This document shows, piece after piece, positions 15,830 to 25,396 of a stretch of DNA of 59,100 bases (position 1 is the first letter of the stretch; every line of letters begins with the position of its first letter). The DNA is from Candidatus Uhrbacteria bacterium RIFCSPLOWO2_01_FULL_47_17. Its GTDB lineage: Bacteria > Patescibacteriota > Patescibacteriia > UBA9934 > GWF2-40-263. Location of the stretch: positions 1-59,100 of the forward strand of contig MGEI01000004.1 in the NCBI GenBank assembly GCA_001791305.1, in the 5' to 3' direction. The notes below the pieces were generated by a model. That model saw only the letters and a program-made list of their open reading frames with translations. It was not told the DNA's origin and did no database searches. Position numbers and translations under genes: made by a program.

Positions 15830-16327
15830 ATGAAAACTTCGTCGTTTGATCGTCTTGCCCACGCAACCGATGCGAAAGGATTTATTATTCTTTGTCTTTT
15901 GTTGCGTTTTGGAATGGCTATATTGTTGCTCTACGCCGCATGGGCAAAAATCACCGCTCCAGACTGGAGCGCGGCAGGATATTTGAAATTCGCAAGCGGT
16001 CCGTTTGCGCTTTGGTTTCAATCGCTCGCAGGAAATGCGCTTGTTGATGGGCTCGTCATGTACGGCGAACTCTTGATTGGTCTTGCGTTTTTGTTTGGTT
16101 GTCTTATTAAGCCCGCTGCGTTTTTTAACATCATTCTCATGATGTTATTTTTTGTGTCTGGTTGGATCATGAATACGTCACACGGACCTGTGAATGAGCA
16201 TATTATTTACGCCCTCGTTTCCGGATTGTTTTTGTTTGGGGAATTCGGCCACTGGTACGGATTAGATTATTTTATTTCGCGTACAAAGTTTGTTCAATCA
16301 AGAAGCTGGCTTTTGCGACTCTTTTAG
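15830..16327 (+). CDS. DoxX-family membrane protein
   Basis: Four predicted TM segments. GELLIGLAFLFG-type block is typical of DoxX. Confidence 0.55.
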   Translation: MKTSSFDRLAHATDAKGFIILCLLLRFGMAILLLYAAWAKITAPDWSAAGYLKFASGPFALWFQSLAGNALVDGLVMYGELLIGLAFLFGCLIKPAAFFNIILMMLFFVSGWIMNTSHGPVNEHIIYALVSGLFLFGEFGHWYGLDYFISRTKFVQSRSWLLRLF

Positions 16328-16336
16328 ATTCCGGGT

Positions 16337-17524
16337 ATGAAATTGCGAAAATTAAAATCGGATGCGGATTTTGCGGGGAAGCGTGTGCTCATTCGCATTG
16401 ACGGAAATGTTCCGATTAAAAATGGAAAGGCCATTGACGGCCCACACGGACGCATTGCGCGTTCCGCGGTTGATATTGATTGGCTGAGTCAGCGCGGCGC
16501 GAAAGTGATTGTACTTTCTCATCTTGGACGTCCAGATGGCAAGCGCGTCTCCGCGTATTCTTTGAAGCCGGTCGCAAAACGACTCGGCGGACTTTTGAAA
16601 AATCGCGTGACGCTTAGTCGAGATATTGTCGGACCAAAAGTCGTGAAGCTTGTTGAGAAGATGAAAAATGGAGATGTGTTGCTTCTTGAGAATTTGCGAT
16701 TCGATCCGCGCGAAGAATCGAATGCGCCTTCGTTTGCGCAAGCACTCGCGTCTCTCGGAGATTTGTATGTGAACGATGCGTTTGCGGTTTCGCATCGTGC
16801 GCACGCGTCGGTAGATGGAATCGTTTCTGATCTTCCCTCGTTTGCAGGTCCATTGCTTGCAAACGAGATTGCGATTCTCTCGAAACTCGATAAACAGCTA
16901 AAACATCCGTTCATTCTTGTAATGGGTGGACTCAAAATTGAAACCAAACTTCCGGTGATTGAACGATTCCTTGGTTCCGCCGAAAAAATTCTGATCGGTG
17001 GAGCCCTTGCAACAACGTTTTTGGTTGCGCAAGGATTTGCTGTTGGAAAATCTGTGTACGACGCGGATGGTGTGAAAGAAGCAAAAGCGTTGCTCGCAAA
17101 AGCAAAAGACAAATTGGTTTTGCCTATTGATGTGATTGTCTCAAGTTCTGTTCGAAAGGATGCACAGACGCGTTGTGTGTCTGTCGATGCTGTAAAGGCA
17201 GGGGATCGTATCGTGGATTTGGGAAAGAAAACACTTGCCAGATTCGAAGATGAACTTGAGCACGCAAAGACGGTTGTTTGGAATGGTCCGCTCGGCATGA
17301 CGGAGATTCCGAAGTTTTGTCATGGCACCCTCGCAATCGCAAAAGCAATCGCCGAACGAACAGGTCCTGCGACAACGATTGTTGGTGGAGGAGATACAGT
17401 TCCTGTCCTCGAGTCGGCACATTTGGCGGATAAGTTTACACTTCTCTCGACAGGAGGCGGTGCGCTCCTCGAGTTTCTCGGAGGAAAGAAGCTGCCAGGA
17501 CTTGAGGTTTTAGAAAGTGAATAA
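16337..17524 (+). CDS. pgk: phosphoglycerate kinase
   Basis: RIDGNVP, SHLGRP, AVSHRAHAS and GGGD...L motifs. Confidence 0.95.
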   Translation: MKLRKLKSDADFAGKRVLIRIDGNVPIKNGKAIDGPHGRIARSAVDIDWLSQRGAKVIVLSHLGRPDGKRVSAYSLKPVAKRLGGLLKNRVTLSRDIVGPKVVKLVEKMKNGDVLLLENLRFDPREESNAPSFAQALASLGDLYVNDAFAVSHRAHASVDGIVSDLPSFAGPLLANEIAILSKLDKQLKHPFILVMGGLKIETKLPVIERFLGSAEKILIGGALATTFLVAQGFAVGKSVYDADGVKEAKALLAKAKDKLVLPIDVIVSSSVRKDAQTRCVSVDAVKAGDRIVDLGKKTLARFEDELEHAKTVVWNGPLGMTEIPKFCHGTLAIAKAIAERTGPATTIVGGGDTVPVLESAHLADKFTLLSTGGGALLEFLGGKKLPGLEVLESE

Positions 17525-17532
17525 AATATTTT

Positions 17533-18792
17533 ATGTCCAAAATCGAATCCATTCATGCACATGAGATCCTCGACTCGCGCGGGAATCCAACCGTAAACGT
17601 AACGGTGCTCCTCGAAGATGGAACGAGTGGTTCTGCTTCGGTTCCAAGTGGTGCGTCGACGGGCATTCATGAAGCGCTTGAGCTTCGTGATGGAGATGCA
17701 AAGCGTTACAACGGACAAGGGGTGTTGAAAGCGGTGAAGCATGTGAATGGGTTGATCGCAAAGGTGCTTGTGGGAATGGATGTGATGGATCAACGCAAAC
17801 TCGATGTGACAATGATCGCGCTTGATGGAACACCAAATAAATCGAAGCTCGGGGCAAACGCGATTCTTGGTGTCTCGCTTGCGTGTGCGCATGCGGCGGC
17901 GCGTTCGAAGAAGATGCCGCTCTACGCCTATCTTCGCACAGCCTTCGACCTTCCATACAAAAATTATCGCATGCCGATTCCAACCATGAACGTCTTGAAT
18001 GGGGGAGCGCATGCAGGATGGATTTTGGATTTTCAGGAGTTCATGATTGTACCGACACAAAAGAAATTTAAAGAACGTGTGCGTTGTGGCGCAGAAATTT
18101 TTCATGCGCTCGGCGGACTCCTCAAGAAAAAAGGTTTCTCGACGCTGAAAGGAGATGAAGGTGGATACGCGGTTCCGTTCAAGAAGAATGAAGATGCGTT
18201 TGTCGCGATCATGCAAGCGATTAGACTCGCGGGATACAAAGCGGGAAAAGATGTGTTTCTCGCCATGGATCCGGCTGTGTCCGAACTTTACGATGCAAAA
18301 TCGAAGCGTTATAAACTTCGCGTCGATAAGAAATCGAACACATCCAAAGACATGATTGCGATGTGGAAAAAATGGCTTGCGAAGTATCCGATTATTTCTC
18401 TCGAGGACGGACTCGATCAAGATGATTGGGCGGGATGGACGGAGCTTACGCGTCAGCTCGGAAAGAAAACGGTTCTCGTTGGAGATGATTTTTTTGTGAC
18501 CAATTCGAAACGTCTCGCAGAAGGAATTGAGAAAAAAGCCGCGAATGCCATTTTGATCAAGTTGAACCAGATCGGTTCATTGTCCGAGACGATTGATACG
18601 ATTTTGCTCGCACAACAATACGGTTATAAAGTTTCCGTTTCGCATCGTTCCGGCGAGACAGCCGACACAACCCTTGCGGATCTTGCGGTCGCCGTAAACG
18701 CGGATTACATTAAGACCGGATCGTTGTCGCGTTCCGAGAGACTCGAAAAGTATAATCGCGTGATGGAGATAGAAGAAGAAGTGAAAAAGTGA
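17533..18792 (+). CDS. eno: enolase
   Basis: ILDSRGNPTV, SGASTG..EA.ELRD, LKLNQIGS.SET and SHRSGETAD motifs. Confidence 0.95.
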   Translation: MSKIESIHAHEILDSRGNPTVNVTVLLEDGTSGSASVPSGASTGIHEALELRDGDAKRYNGQGVLKAVKHVNGLIAKVLVGMDVMDQRKLDVTMIALDGTPNKSKLGANAILGVSLACAHAAARSKKMPLYAYLRTAFDLPYKNYRMPIPTMNVLNGGAHAGWILDFQEFMIVPTQKKFKERVRCGAEIFHALGGLLKKKGFSTLKGDEGGYAVPFKKNEDAFVAIMQAIRLAGYKAGKDVFLAMDPAVSELYDAKSKRYKLRVDKKSNTSKDMIAMWKKWLAKYPIISLEDGLDQDDWAGWTELTRQLGKKTVLVGDDFFVTNSKRLAEGIEKKAANAILIKLNQIGSLSETIDTILLAQQYGYKVSVSHRSGETADTTLADLAVAVNADYIKTGSLSRSERLEKYNRVMEIEEEVKK

Positions 18793-18882
18793 AAGAGTGG
18801 AAGAGTGAAGGAAGTTGCTATTCATTTTTTTTAACAAATAAATTTTCTTCCAACACTTTTTCACTTTTCTACTCTTTCACTC
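18781..18882. repeat. purine-rich periodic repeat arms in inverted orientation between eno and gpmI
   Basis: GTGAAAAAGTGAAAGAGTGGAAGAGTGAAGGAAG ... CTTCCAACACTTTTTCACTTTTCTACTCTTTCACTC. Confidence 0.6.
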
Positions 18883-18894
18883 TGCCTCCCCTCT

Positions 18895-20472
18895 ATGCCC
18901 GAACTCAAAAAACCCACGGTCCTTATGATCCTCGATGGTTTTGGTGTTGCGCCGGCGTCGGATGGAAATCCGATTGCGAGCGCGAACATGCCGAATTTCA
19001 ATAAGTACATTCGCCTGTATCCAACCATGACCCTCAAGGCTTCTGGAGAAGAAGTTGGTTTGTCGTGGGGAGAAATGGGAAATTCGGAAGTGGGTCACCT
19101 TGCGATCGGTGCGGGACGTGTTTACTACCAACTGTTTCCACGCATCAATCGCGACATCCTCGCGGGAGAATTTTTTCAGAAGCAAGCGCTCATTGATGCG
19201 GCGGAGCATGTGAAGAAACACAAAAGCAAATTGCATCTCATTGGCCAAATCAGTCCAGGTGGGATTCATGCGATGGATGAACATTGCTACACCCTTCTTG
19301 AGTTTGCAAAGAAGCAGGGAATCAAAGACGTGTATGTGCAAGCGATCATGGATGGTCGCGACACGATTTACAATGCGGGAATTGATTTCATTACAAATCT
19401 GCAAAACAAGATAAAAGAAATTGGTGCGGGAAAAATCGCTTCACTTTCAGGTCGTTACTTTGCGATGGATCGCGATAACCGATGGGATCGTGTTGAGAAG
19501 GCGTATAACGCAATGGTTCTTGGCCAGGGTGAAATGGCGACCGATCCAATCGAAACGCTCAAGGCTTCGTATCAAAAAGAAGTGTACGATGAACAGGTTG
19601 TTCCAACGGTGATGACTGAGAATGGAAAACCAATCGCGACCGTTTCGGAAAATGATGCGGTGATCTTTTTCAACTTTCGTCCCGACCGCATGCGCGAAAT
19701 CACAAAAGCGTTTGTGATGCCAACATTTGATTCGTTTGCGCGTACGCATGTGGAGAATCTGTTTGTTGTCACGATGGCCGAGTATGAAAGTGGATTGCCC
19801 GTCGAGGTTGTGTATCCACCAGAGAAGATTGAGCAATGCCTCTCGCAAGTTTTTTCGGAGAAGGGAATGACGCAGTTGCATATTGCAGAGACGGAGAAGT
19901 ACGCGCACGTCACGTTCTTTTTGAACGGAACACGTGAAGAACCGTTTCCGGGCGAGGATCGACAAATTGTTCCATCGCCAAAAGTTGCGTCGTATGATCT
20001 CGCGCCGGAAATGAGCGCGTATGAAGTCACGGATCGCATGGTGAAAGCGATTGAGTCGAATGCGTATGATTTTATCGCAATGAACTTTGCAAATCCGGAC
20101 ATGGTGGCGCACACGGGAAACATGGAGGCAACGCGTAAAGCTGTGGAGTGTATCGATGCTTGCATTGGCAAGATTGTTGATGCAGTCCTCTCACGAGAAG
20201 GGTTTGTGTTTATTACGGCGGATCACGGAAACGCGGAGGAGTTGAAGAATTTGCGAACGGGCGACATCGACAAAGAACACGCAACGAATCCGGTTCCGTT
20301 TTTGATTATTGGAAAGCAATTCGAAGGACAGCCTAGTATCGCGGGCGAGGTGCCGGATGGAGATTTGTCCCTCATGTCACCGGTCGGAATGTTGGCCGAT
20401 GTTGCGCCAACGATTTTGACTGTGCTCGGAATTCCACAACCAGAGCTGATGACGGGACAGCCGTTGGTTTAG
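18895..20472 (+). CDS. gpmI: 2,3-bisphosphoglycerate-independent phosphoglycerate mutase
   Basis: LMILDGFG, MGNSEVGH, ADHGNAE and 525-aa iPGM architecture. Confidence 0.95.
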   Translation: MPELKKPTVLMILDGFGVAPASDGNPIASANMPNFNKYIRLYPTMTLKASGEEVGLSWGEMGNSEVGHLAIGAGRVYYQLFPRINRDILAGEFFQKQALIDAAEHVKKHKSKLHLIGQISPGGIHAMDEHCYTLLEFAKKQGIKDVYVQAIMDGRDTIYNAGIDFITNLQNKIKEIGAGKIASLSGRYFAMDRDNRWDRVEKAYNAMVLGQGEMATDPIETLKASYQKEVYDEQVVPTVMTENGKPIATVSENDAVIFFNFRPDRMREITKAFVMPTFDSFARTHVENLFVVTMAEYESGLPVEVVYPPEKIEQCLSQVFSEKGMTQLHIAETEKYAHVTFFLNGTREEPFPGEDRQIVPSPKVASYDLAPEMSAYEVTDRMVKAIESNAYDFIAMNFANPDMVAHTGNMEATRKAVECIDACIGKIVDAVLSREGFVFITADHGNAEELKNLRTGDIDKEHATNPVPFLIIGKQFEGQPSIAGEVPDGDLSLMSPVGMLADVAPTILTVLGIPQPELMTGQPLV

Positions 20473-20475
20473 TTT

Positions 20476-21180
20476 ATGTCGGATATTGTTGCAACACTCA
20501 AAATTCTTAAAAAATCTTTTCCTAATCCGGGCGCAATGGAACTTGGCTCTCCGTATCAGAATCTTGTTGCGGTGATGTTTTCTGCGCGCACGCGAGATGA
20601 ACAAGTTTTGAAATTGCTTCCGGGATTTTGGAAAGCATTTCCATCCGTCGAGGTACTCTCGAAGGCAACAACCTTGCAGATCGAGGCACGGATCAACACA
20701 ATCGGGATGTATAAACAGAAGGCAAAGAATTTGAAAAAGATGGCGGGGGATGTTGTCTCGAAATTCGACGGAAAGATTCCGTCGACCATGGAGGAACTTG
20801 TGTCCCTTGCAGGAGTCGGTCGTAAGACGGCGAGTGTTGTGCTCGTGTGCTCCTTCGACAAGACGGCTATCGCGGTTGATACGCATGTTTTTCGCGTGAC
20901 GAATCGTCTCGGTTGGATCAAATCAAAGACGGTCGAGGATGCGGAGCGGAAGTTGCTCGAGAAGGTTCCGGCGAAACATCATCAAACCGTGAATCGCGTG
21001 TTCGTGAAACTTGGGCGGTACATTTGCATTCGAAGTCCTCGTTGTTGGGCGTGTCCGGTTCGCGAGATGTGTGCATTTAAGAAAAAGAATTTGGTGCCGC
21101 CGAAGAATGCAAACGAGATCCTCGAGGATATCGAGAAACGGGAAAAGAACTTAGAAATATTACGTGAGAACGCTACATGA
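20476..21180 (+). CDS. nth: endonuclease III
   Basis: HhH-GPD block LAGVGRKTASVVL and C-terminal 4-Cys FeS cluster CIRSPRCWACPVREMC. Confidence 0.9.
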   Translation: MSDIVATLKILKKSFPNPGAMELGSPYQNLVAVMFSARTRDEQVLKLLPGFWKAFPSVEVLSKATTLQIEARINTIGMYKQKAKNLKKMAGDVVSKFDGKIPSTMEELVSLAGVGRKTASVVLVCSFDKTAIAVDTHVFRVTNRLGWIKSKTVEDAERKLLEKVPAKHHQTVNRVFVKLGRYICIRSPRCWACPVREMCAFKKKNLVPPKNANEILEDIEKREKNLEILRENAT

Positions 21181-21722
21181 AAAATCTCGACGCACAACTT
21201 TCTGATAAACTGTTCTTCGCCACGAAGTCCTCGCGTGTCTTTTCGAAGATCGCGATTTTTTGTGCAGCGTACTTGCTTTGGATGTGTATTGCCGCACTCG
21301 TTGTGTTTGTTGCATGGTCGCAAATCAAAACTCCAGGACAATTCTCTTGGACAAATTTTTTATTTCTCGAGTCCGCTGTTTTTCTCCGCGTGTTTATTCC
21401 ATGGATTGTGACCATGATCTTCTCGCTCTCGATTCGCCGTAAGCGACCATTTCGCGCAGAGCATCACAAGCCACTCATTCACATGCCGTTTGAAACACCT
21501 TCGTTTCCATCTGCACATGCGACGATCTCGTTTGCGTTTGCAACGTTATTCATCGGTGACATGATCTTGTTTCCGATCGCCATCGCCATGGCAATCGCGG
21601 TGGTTTACGGACGCGTGGCCGTTGGGGTACATTATATTTCCGATATTCTTGCGGGTGCGGTTGTTGGACTTATATTCGGAGTACTCGTCTCGAGGTTTCT
21701 TCCTTTATTTATTGGGAGCTAA
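21177..21722 (+). CDS. PAP2-family phosphatase (undecaprenyl-diphosphatase-like)
   Basis: RRKRPF...PSFPSAH...GVHYISD tripartite PAP2 motif. Multi-TM. Confidence 0.75.
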   Translation: MKNLDAQLSDKLFFATKSSRVFSKIAIFCAAYLLWMCIAALVVFVAWSQIKTPGQFSWTNFLFLESAVFLRVFIPWIVTMIFSLSIRRKRPFRAEHHKPLIHMPFETPSFPSAHATISFAFATLFIGDMILFPIAIAMAIAVVYGRVAVGVHYISDILAGAVVGLIFGVLVSRFLPLFIGS

Positions 21723-21748
21723 TCGACAAGCCTTTCAAACCTTTCCCT

Positions 21749-22183
21749 ATGTCTAAAATCGTTGCCGTATCTGGCGGATTCGATCCTATTCACATTGGCC
21801 ATGTCCGAATGATTCGCGAGGCGCGTGCGCTTGGTGATGAGCTTGTGGTTATTTTGAACAACGATAAGTGGCTCATGCGCAAGAAGGGATTTGTGTTTAT
21901 GCCGGAGGAAGAACGCAAAGAAATTATCGAGGCTCTTGAAGGCGTCTCGAAAGTTGTCCTCACGAAGCATGTCGACAATGATCCGGACACGAGTGTCTGT
22001 GGAGCATTGCGCGAGATTCAACCGAATATTTTTGCAAACGGTGGGGATCGATTCGCCGACAACATTCCCGAAGCGGTGCTCGCGCGCGAACTCGGGATCG
22101 AATGTGTGTTTGGTGTGGGTCGAGGAGGGAAGGTACAATCGAGCTCGTGGCTCACATCGAAAATCAAATCTTCTTCTGTATGA
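21749..22183 (+). CDS. cytidylyltransferase-like nucleotidyltransferase (RfaE-II/TagD-like)
   Basis: VAVSGGFDPIHIGHVRMI (HxGH motif). 144 aa. Confidence 0.7.
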   Translation: MSKIVAVSGGFDPIHIGHVRMIREARALGDELVVILNNDKWLMRKKGFVFMPEEERKEIIEALEGVSKVVLTKHVDNDPDTSVCGALREIQPNIFANGGDRFADNIPEAVLARELGIECVFGVGRGGKVQSSSWLTSKIKSSSV

Positions 22184-23109
22184 TGCGAAATTTTTTTCTT
22201 GTTTGCGCCGCTCTGATCGCCCTTGTGGGAGCGCCGTTTGTGTATGATGTTTTTTTGATTTCCCCAAAAGAAAATGCGGCCCCTGTCGAAATCATCATCA
22301 CACCTGGCTCGAGTGTCAGTGCGATTGCGAATCAATTGAACGAAGCAGATCTTATTGCGCACCCAACATTTTTTAAATGGTTCGTTGCGCTGTCACGAAC
22401 GTCAAACAACGTGCAGGCGGGAACGTTTTTGATTTCACCGAATACGTCCATTGCCGCAATTGTTCTTCAGTTATCCAATCCGCAGAGCACAGAAATTCAG
22501 ATCACGATCCCAGAAGGATTCACAAAAGATCAGATCAAAATAAAGCTGGTAGGCGCGTTTCCGAATTTTGATGTAACGGCGTGGGAGACGCAAACGAAAA
22601 ACCTCGAAGGATATCTCTTCCCAGACACATATCGTTTCGAGAAAAACGCGAGCGTTCAAGAAATCGTGCAAAAAATGCGCTCGACACTTGATCGTCGATT
22701 GCGCGAAAATGGCATTGCGGAAATTTCCACGGACAAGTTGATCATGGCATCGATCATTGAAAAAGAAGTACAAACTCCAGAGGACATGAAGCATGTTGCG
22801 GGCCTCCTGTTTAATCGCATGAAAATTGGCATGGCGCTTCAGGTGGACTCGACCCTCACCTATGTGACACAAAAAACGAGCGCGGAGCTGACGACCGCAG
22901 ATCTCAAACTCACATCGCCTTATAACAGTTACACACACAAAGGGTTGCCACCGGGCCCAATTTGTAACCCTGGCATGAACGCCATTTTAGCCGTGTTGCA
23001 TCCAAGCCCCACAGACGACTTCTATTTTTTGACCACCAATGACGGAAGAACCATTTACGCAAAGACGCATGACCAGCATGTGGTGAATAAGCAAAAATAT
23101 CTTAAATAA
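22180..23109 (+). CDS. mltG: endolytic murein transglycosylase MltG (YceG family)
   Basis: N-terminal TM. LEGYLFPDTY, ASIIEKE, L.VDST..Y and Y.SYTHKGLPPGPI.NPG motifs. ATGA overlap with the upstream gene. Confidence 0.85.
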   Translation: MMRNFFLVCAALIALVGAPFVYDVFLISPKENAAPVEIIITPGSSVSAIANQLNEADLIAHPTFFKWFVALSRTSNNVQAGTFLISPNTSIAAIVLQLSNPQSTEIQITIPEGFTKDQIKIKLVGAFPNFDVTAWETQTKNLEGYLFPDTYRFEKNASVQEIVQKMRSTLDRRLRENGIAEISTDKLIMASIIEKEVQTPEDMKHVAGLLFNRMKIGMALQVDSTLTYVTQKTSAELTTADLKLTSPYNSYTHKGLPPGPICNPGMNAILAVLHPSPTDDFYFLTTNDGRTIYAKTHDQHVVNKQKYLK

Positions 23110-23128
23110 AAACAACCCATGTGGGTTG
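23106..23128 (-). terminator. intrinsic terminator after the alpha-CTD-like gene
   Basis: Minus sense CAACCCA-CA-UGGGUUG followed by a U run. Confidence 0.5.
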
Positions 23129-23132
23129 CAGG

Positions 23133-23870
23133 TTATCCATAGATCACTTTTTCAAAGGCGGTTTTGGTTTCTTGATCAAGTACGGTGTCAAACGCGAGAC
23201 CAAGATTCTCAAGCTCGTAGACGTATTCCTGGAGCGTGAATTTGCCGCACTGTTTTGTCCTGAGCATGTCATTTTTACGTCGTTGCGTGAGTTCACCAAC
23301 GAATCGGATATTGAGGTTGGCGAGGATATTGCGTGCACGTGTTGACAGATGTCGAAGATCCTCGATGCGAATGAGAAGACGAAGAAACAGATCGTTTTGC
23401 ATATCGTCATTTTCGATTCTGCGTTCGTGTGACTTGAGGTTGATGTCATGACGCCACAAGCGCACATAGAAGATGGCCAGATCTTTTTGCATCGCTTCGA
23501 CGGACGCGGGAACCGGACGCTTGCCTTCGAGAAATGTTTGAAGGTACAGCATCCAGATGAGACCTCGTTCACAATTCGGATATGGTGTTCCCAATTCTTG
23601 CAAAAACACATCTCCCAAACCTGTATTTTTCATATCTCCGACGAGGAGGTCTTTCGTTGTTCGCATTCCATCAATGAATGCAAGGAAATTTTGTTCGAAT
23701 ACGTCGTCTCGCAATGTCTCGAGTTCTTGTTTTTCCGCTGTGGTTCGAGATTCTGTCGGCTGAATCTCAAGATGCGCATAGCGCAAGATTTGATTGGAAA
23801 AGCTCTCGGTGCTCACGGTTCTCCTTTGCAAGAAATATCTCGAGAAGATCTCAAGATGAAGGCAGTTCAT
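23133..23870 (-). CDS. hypothetical protein with C-terminal RNA polymerase alpha-subunit CTD-like (HhH) domain
   Basis: The C-terminal 60 aa (IEDLRHLSTRARNILANLNIRFVGELTQ....ML....CGKFTLQEYVYELENLGLAF) resemble the RpoA alpha-CTD. The N-terminal ~170 aa are unrecognised. No clear SD. Confidence 0.5.
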   Translation of the reverse strand: MNCLHLEIFSRYFLQRRTVSTESFSNQILRYAHLEIQPTESRTTAEKQELETLRDDVFEQNFLAFIDGMRTTKDLLVGDMKNTGLGDVFLQELGTPYPNCERGLIWMLYLQTFLEGKRPVPASVEAMQKDLAIFYVRLWRHDINLKSHERRIENDDMQNDLFLRLLIRIEDLRHLSTRARNILANLNIRFVGELTQRRKNDMLRTKQCGKFTLQEYVYELENLGLAFDTVLDQETKTAFEKVIYG

Positions 23871-23885
23871 CAAAATTATCTTGTA

Positions 23886-23929
23886 TTGTCAAGGGAAGGA
23901 TTGACAAAACCTTCCTTTTTTGTTATCCT
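23886..23929. promoter_or_regulatory. divergent promoter/operator region
   Basis: Inverted repeat TTGTCAA-N8-TTGACAA (23886-23907). TTGACA (23901-06)-N17-TATCCT (23924-29) faces the + gene. A GGAAGG/CCTTCC hairpin overlaps. Confidence 0.5.
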
Positions 23930-23966
23930 GCCGCTTCGACTCAACCAAAACACAAGGAGGTGTTCC

Positions 23967-25280
23967 ATGTCGAAATTGGCAGAAGATGTTCGTTTGATTC
24001 ATGATCGGGAGCTCATTGCTACGCTCGATCTTCACAATCCGCAATTCGAACGGCGTTCATTCGTTCTTCGGATGCGAGGTTCAAAGGAACAAGAACTCAC
24101 CTTGCGTTTGCAGGTGCTTGTTCCGAGCTCGATGTACTTGGTTCTCGAAGACGGCTACGGCCTGAAGTCTGGACAAGTGCTCATTCGAAACTTGGAGATG
24201 ATGCGTCGACTCGGCTGCGCGGGTGCACCGTATGACAAGCAGATGTTCGTGCGTTACGACAATTTGTTTGATGCCTGGCGCGCAATGTCGCGATTGAATC
24301 CGACCTACAAGGCGGAAGAGATTCCCGCGATGGATGCTTGGCAGCGGAGTTCGGACGAGCTCATGGAGCTCGCGTGGTCGCTCGAAGTTCGCAATGTTGC
24401 ACAGCATCACGAGTACAAGGTGCGTGCGTGGGAGGCTGTGAAGCCGCACGCAAACGTGGTCAACCCGAATAAGGTTGAAGCGCGTGCACAACATGTTCGT
24501 GCGACGGAACTGCAGGATCGGCGAGGTCGATTCAATGCGGGACGTTTGCCGCTCATGTTGGGCTCGATCGATGTTGCGGTCTGGAAGCGGATTCGCGAAG
24601 TGCGTAGCATTGGTCACCGCATGGATTTCCGCGCGATGGTGCTCGAACTGTACATCCACAAGCTCTCTGAGATGGTGGAACGTACACGACTCGATCTCGT
24701 TCAACTCCTTCGGGTGAACGGTGTGTTTGGCAAAGGGCCGAATCGGACACCTCGCAAAGTGGAGGAAGTGGCGAGGCGCGTTCGCGGAACAGCAAAGCAC
24801 TTGGATACGCTTGTCGCCCGTCCGTTTGAACACGTGTTCCAAAATGTGGCGATGGATTTCGAAGAAGCGGCAGCCCTCATGGAAGAGGCTGCGGCGAATC
24901 GTGAACCGATCAAGATGGATGAAGCAAAGTTGTACGTGCATCGTGCCTATCGTTCGCTCGTGCTATTTCAGCAAGGGTGTCTGATTCACGAAGTGCTCGC
25001 AAGCGTTGCGGCGATTCATCATCGCAAGCTAGGGTGGGGAAAAGACGTTTTTCCGGATGCTAAAGATATTCTCGAGTCGGCTGTCTATAAGATTCGTACG
25101 GGTGAATGGTTCACAAACGAACCGTTCGAACAAGGATTCCGTCGGCCGATCGTTGATCGCGTCGTTGTCTCTTTGCAAGCCGCGCTTGGCCGATTGGAAA
25201 TGCTCGAAACCGAACCTCACAGTACAAAGCATCTCACAGAGCTCCACAAGCAACTCAAGCTTGCGGTCGCGCCGTTCTAG
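23967..25280 (+). CDS. hypothetical 437-aa Arg-rich, predicted helical protein (no recognisable domain)
   Basis: AAGGAGG SD 7 nt before the ATG at 23967. Own promoter and own terminator. G+C-richer than the flanks. Confidence 0.6.
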   Translation: MSKLAEDVRLIHDRELIATLDLHNPQFERRSFVLRMRGSKEQELTLRLQVLVPSSMYLVLEDGYGLKSGQVLIRNLEMMRRLGCAGAPYDKQMFVRYDNLFDAWRAMSRLNPTYKAEEIPAMDAWQRSSDELMELAWSLEVRNVAQHHEYKVRAWEAVKPHANVVNPNKVEARAQHVRATELQDRRGRFNAGRLPLMLGSIDVAVWKRIREVRSIGHRMDFRAMVLELYIHKLSEMVERTRLDLVQLLRVNGVFGKGPNRTPRKVEEVARRVRGTAKHLDTLVARPFEHVFQNVAMDFEEAAALMEEAAANREPIKMDEAKLYVHRAYRSLVLFQQGCLIHEVLASVAAIHHRKLGWGKDVFPDAKDILESAVYKIRTGEWFTNEPFEQGFRRPIVDRVVVSLQAALGRLEMLETEPHSTKHLTELHKQLKLAVAPF

Positions 25281-25288
25281 ACCTCTCA

Positions 25289-25316
25289 CGAACTCTGAAA
25301 CAGGGTTCGTTTTTTT
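25289..25316 (+). terminator. intrinsic terminator
   Basis: CGAACTCTG-AAA-CAGGGTTCG followed by T7. Confidence 0.7.
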
Positions 25317-25396
25317 GTTGAATCTAGACGTCTGTGATTTTTTTTGATAACGTCACGCGTACGGAACCCCATTCTTTTACAACCACGAGGTGTGTC

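Noticed and set aside
17320-18420. Long antisense ORFs opposite confident genes: 17320..18420 opposite eno/pgk, 1755..2723 opposite rplY, 13892..14581 opposite tsf, 45885..46739 opposite PP2C, 16519..17298 opposite pgk, and 54258..54947 opposite GT2.
   Set aside because: Each overlaps a gene with unambiguous family motifs on the other strand and has a His/Arg/Cys/Phe-biased composition. These are shadow ORFs.
23448-23966. The ORF track gives a 610-aa plus-strand ORF (23448..25280) whose first 173 codons overlap the alpha-CTD-like gene in antisense.
   Set aside because: The upstream part has no start signal. A perfect AAGGAGG-N7-ATG at 23967, and a TTGACA-N17-TATCCT promoter at 23901-23929, lie inside it. 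The antisense-open frame is best explained by the local G+C richness. The CDS is called from 23967.
24081-24941. A 286-aa minus-strand ORF opposite the 437-aa gene.
   Set aside because: It has the His/Arg/Cys-rich, low-complexity composition typical of an antisense frame of a G+C-rich gene. It has no SD, and the plus-strand ORF is longer with clear signals.
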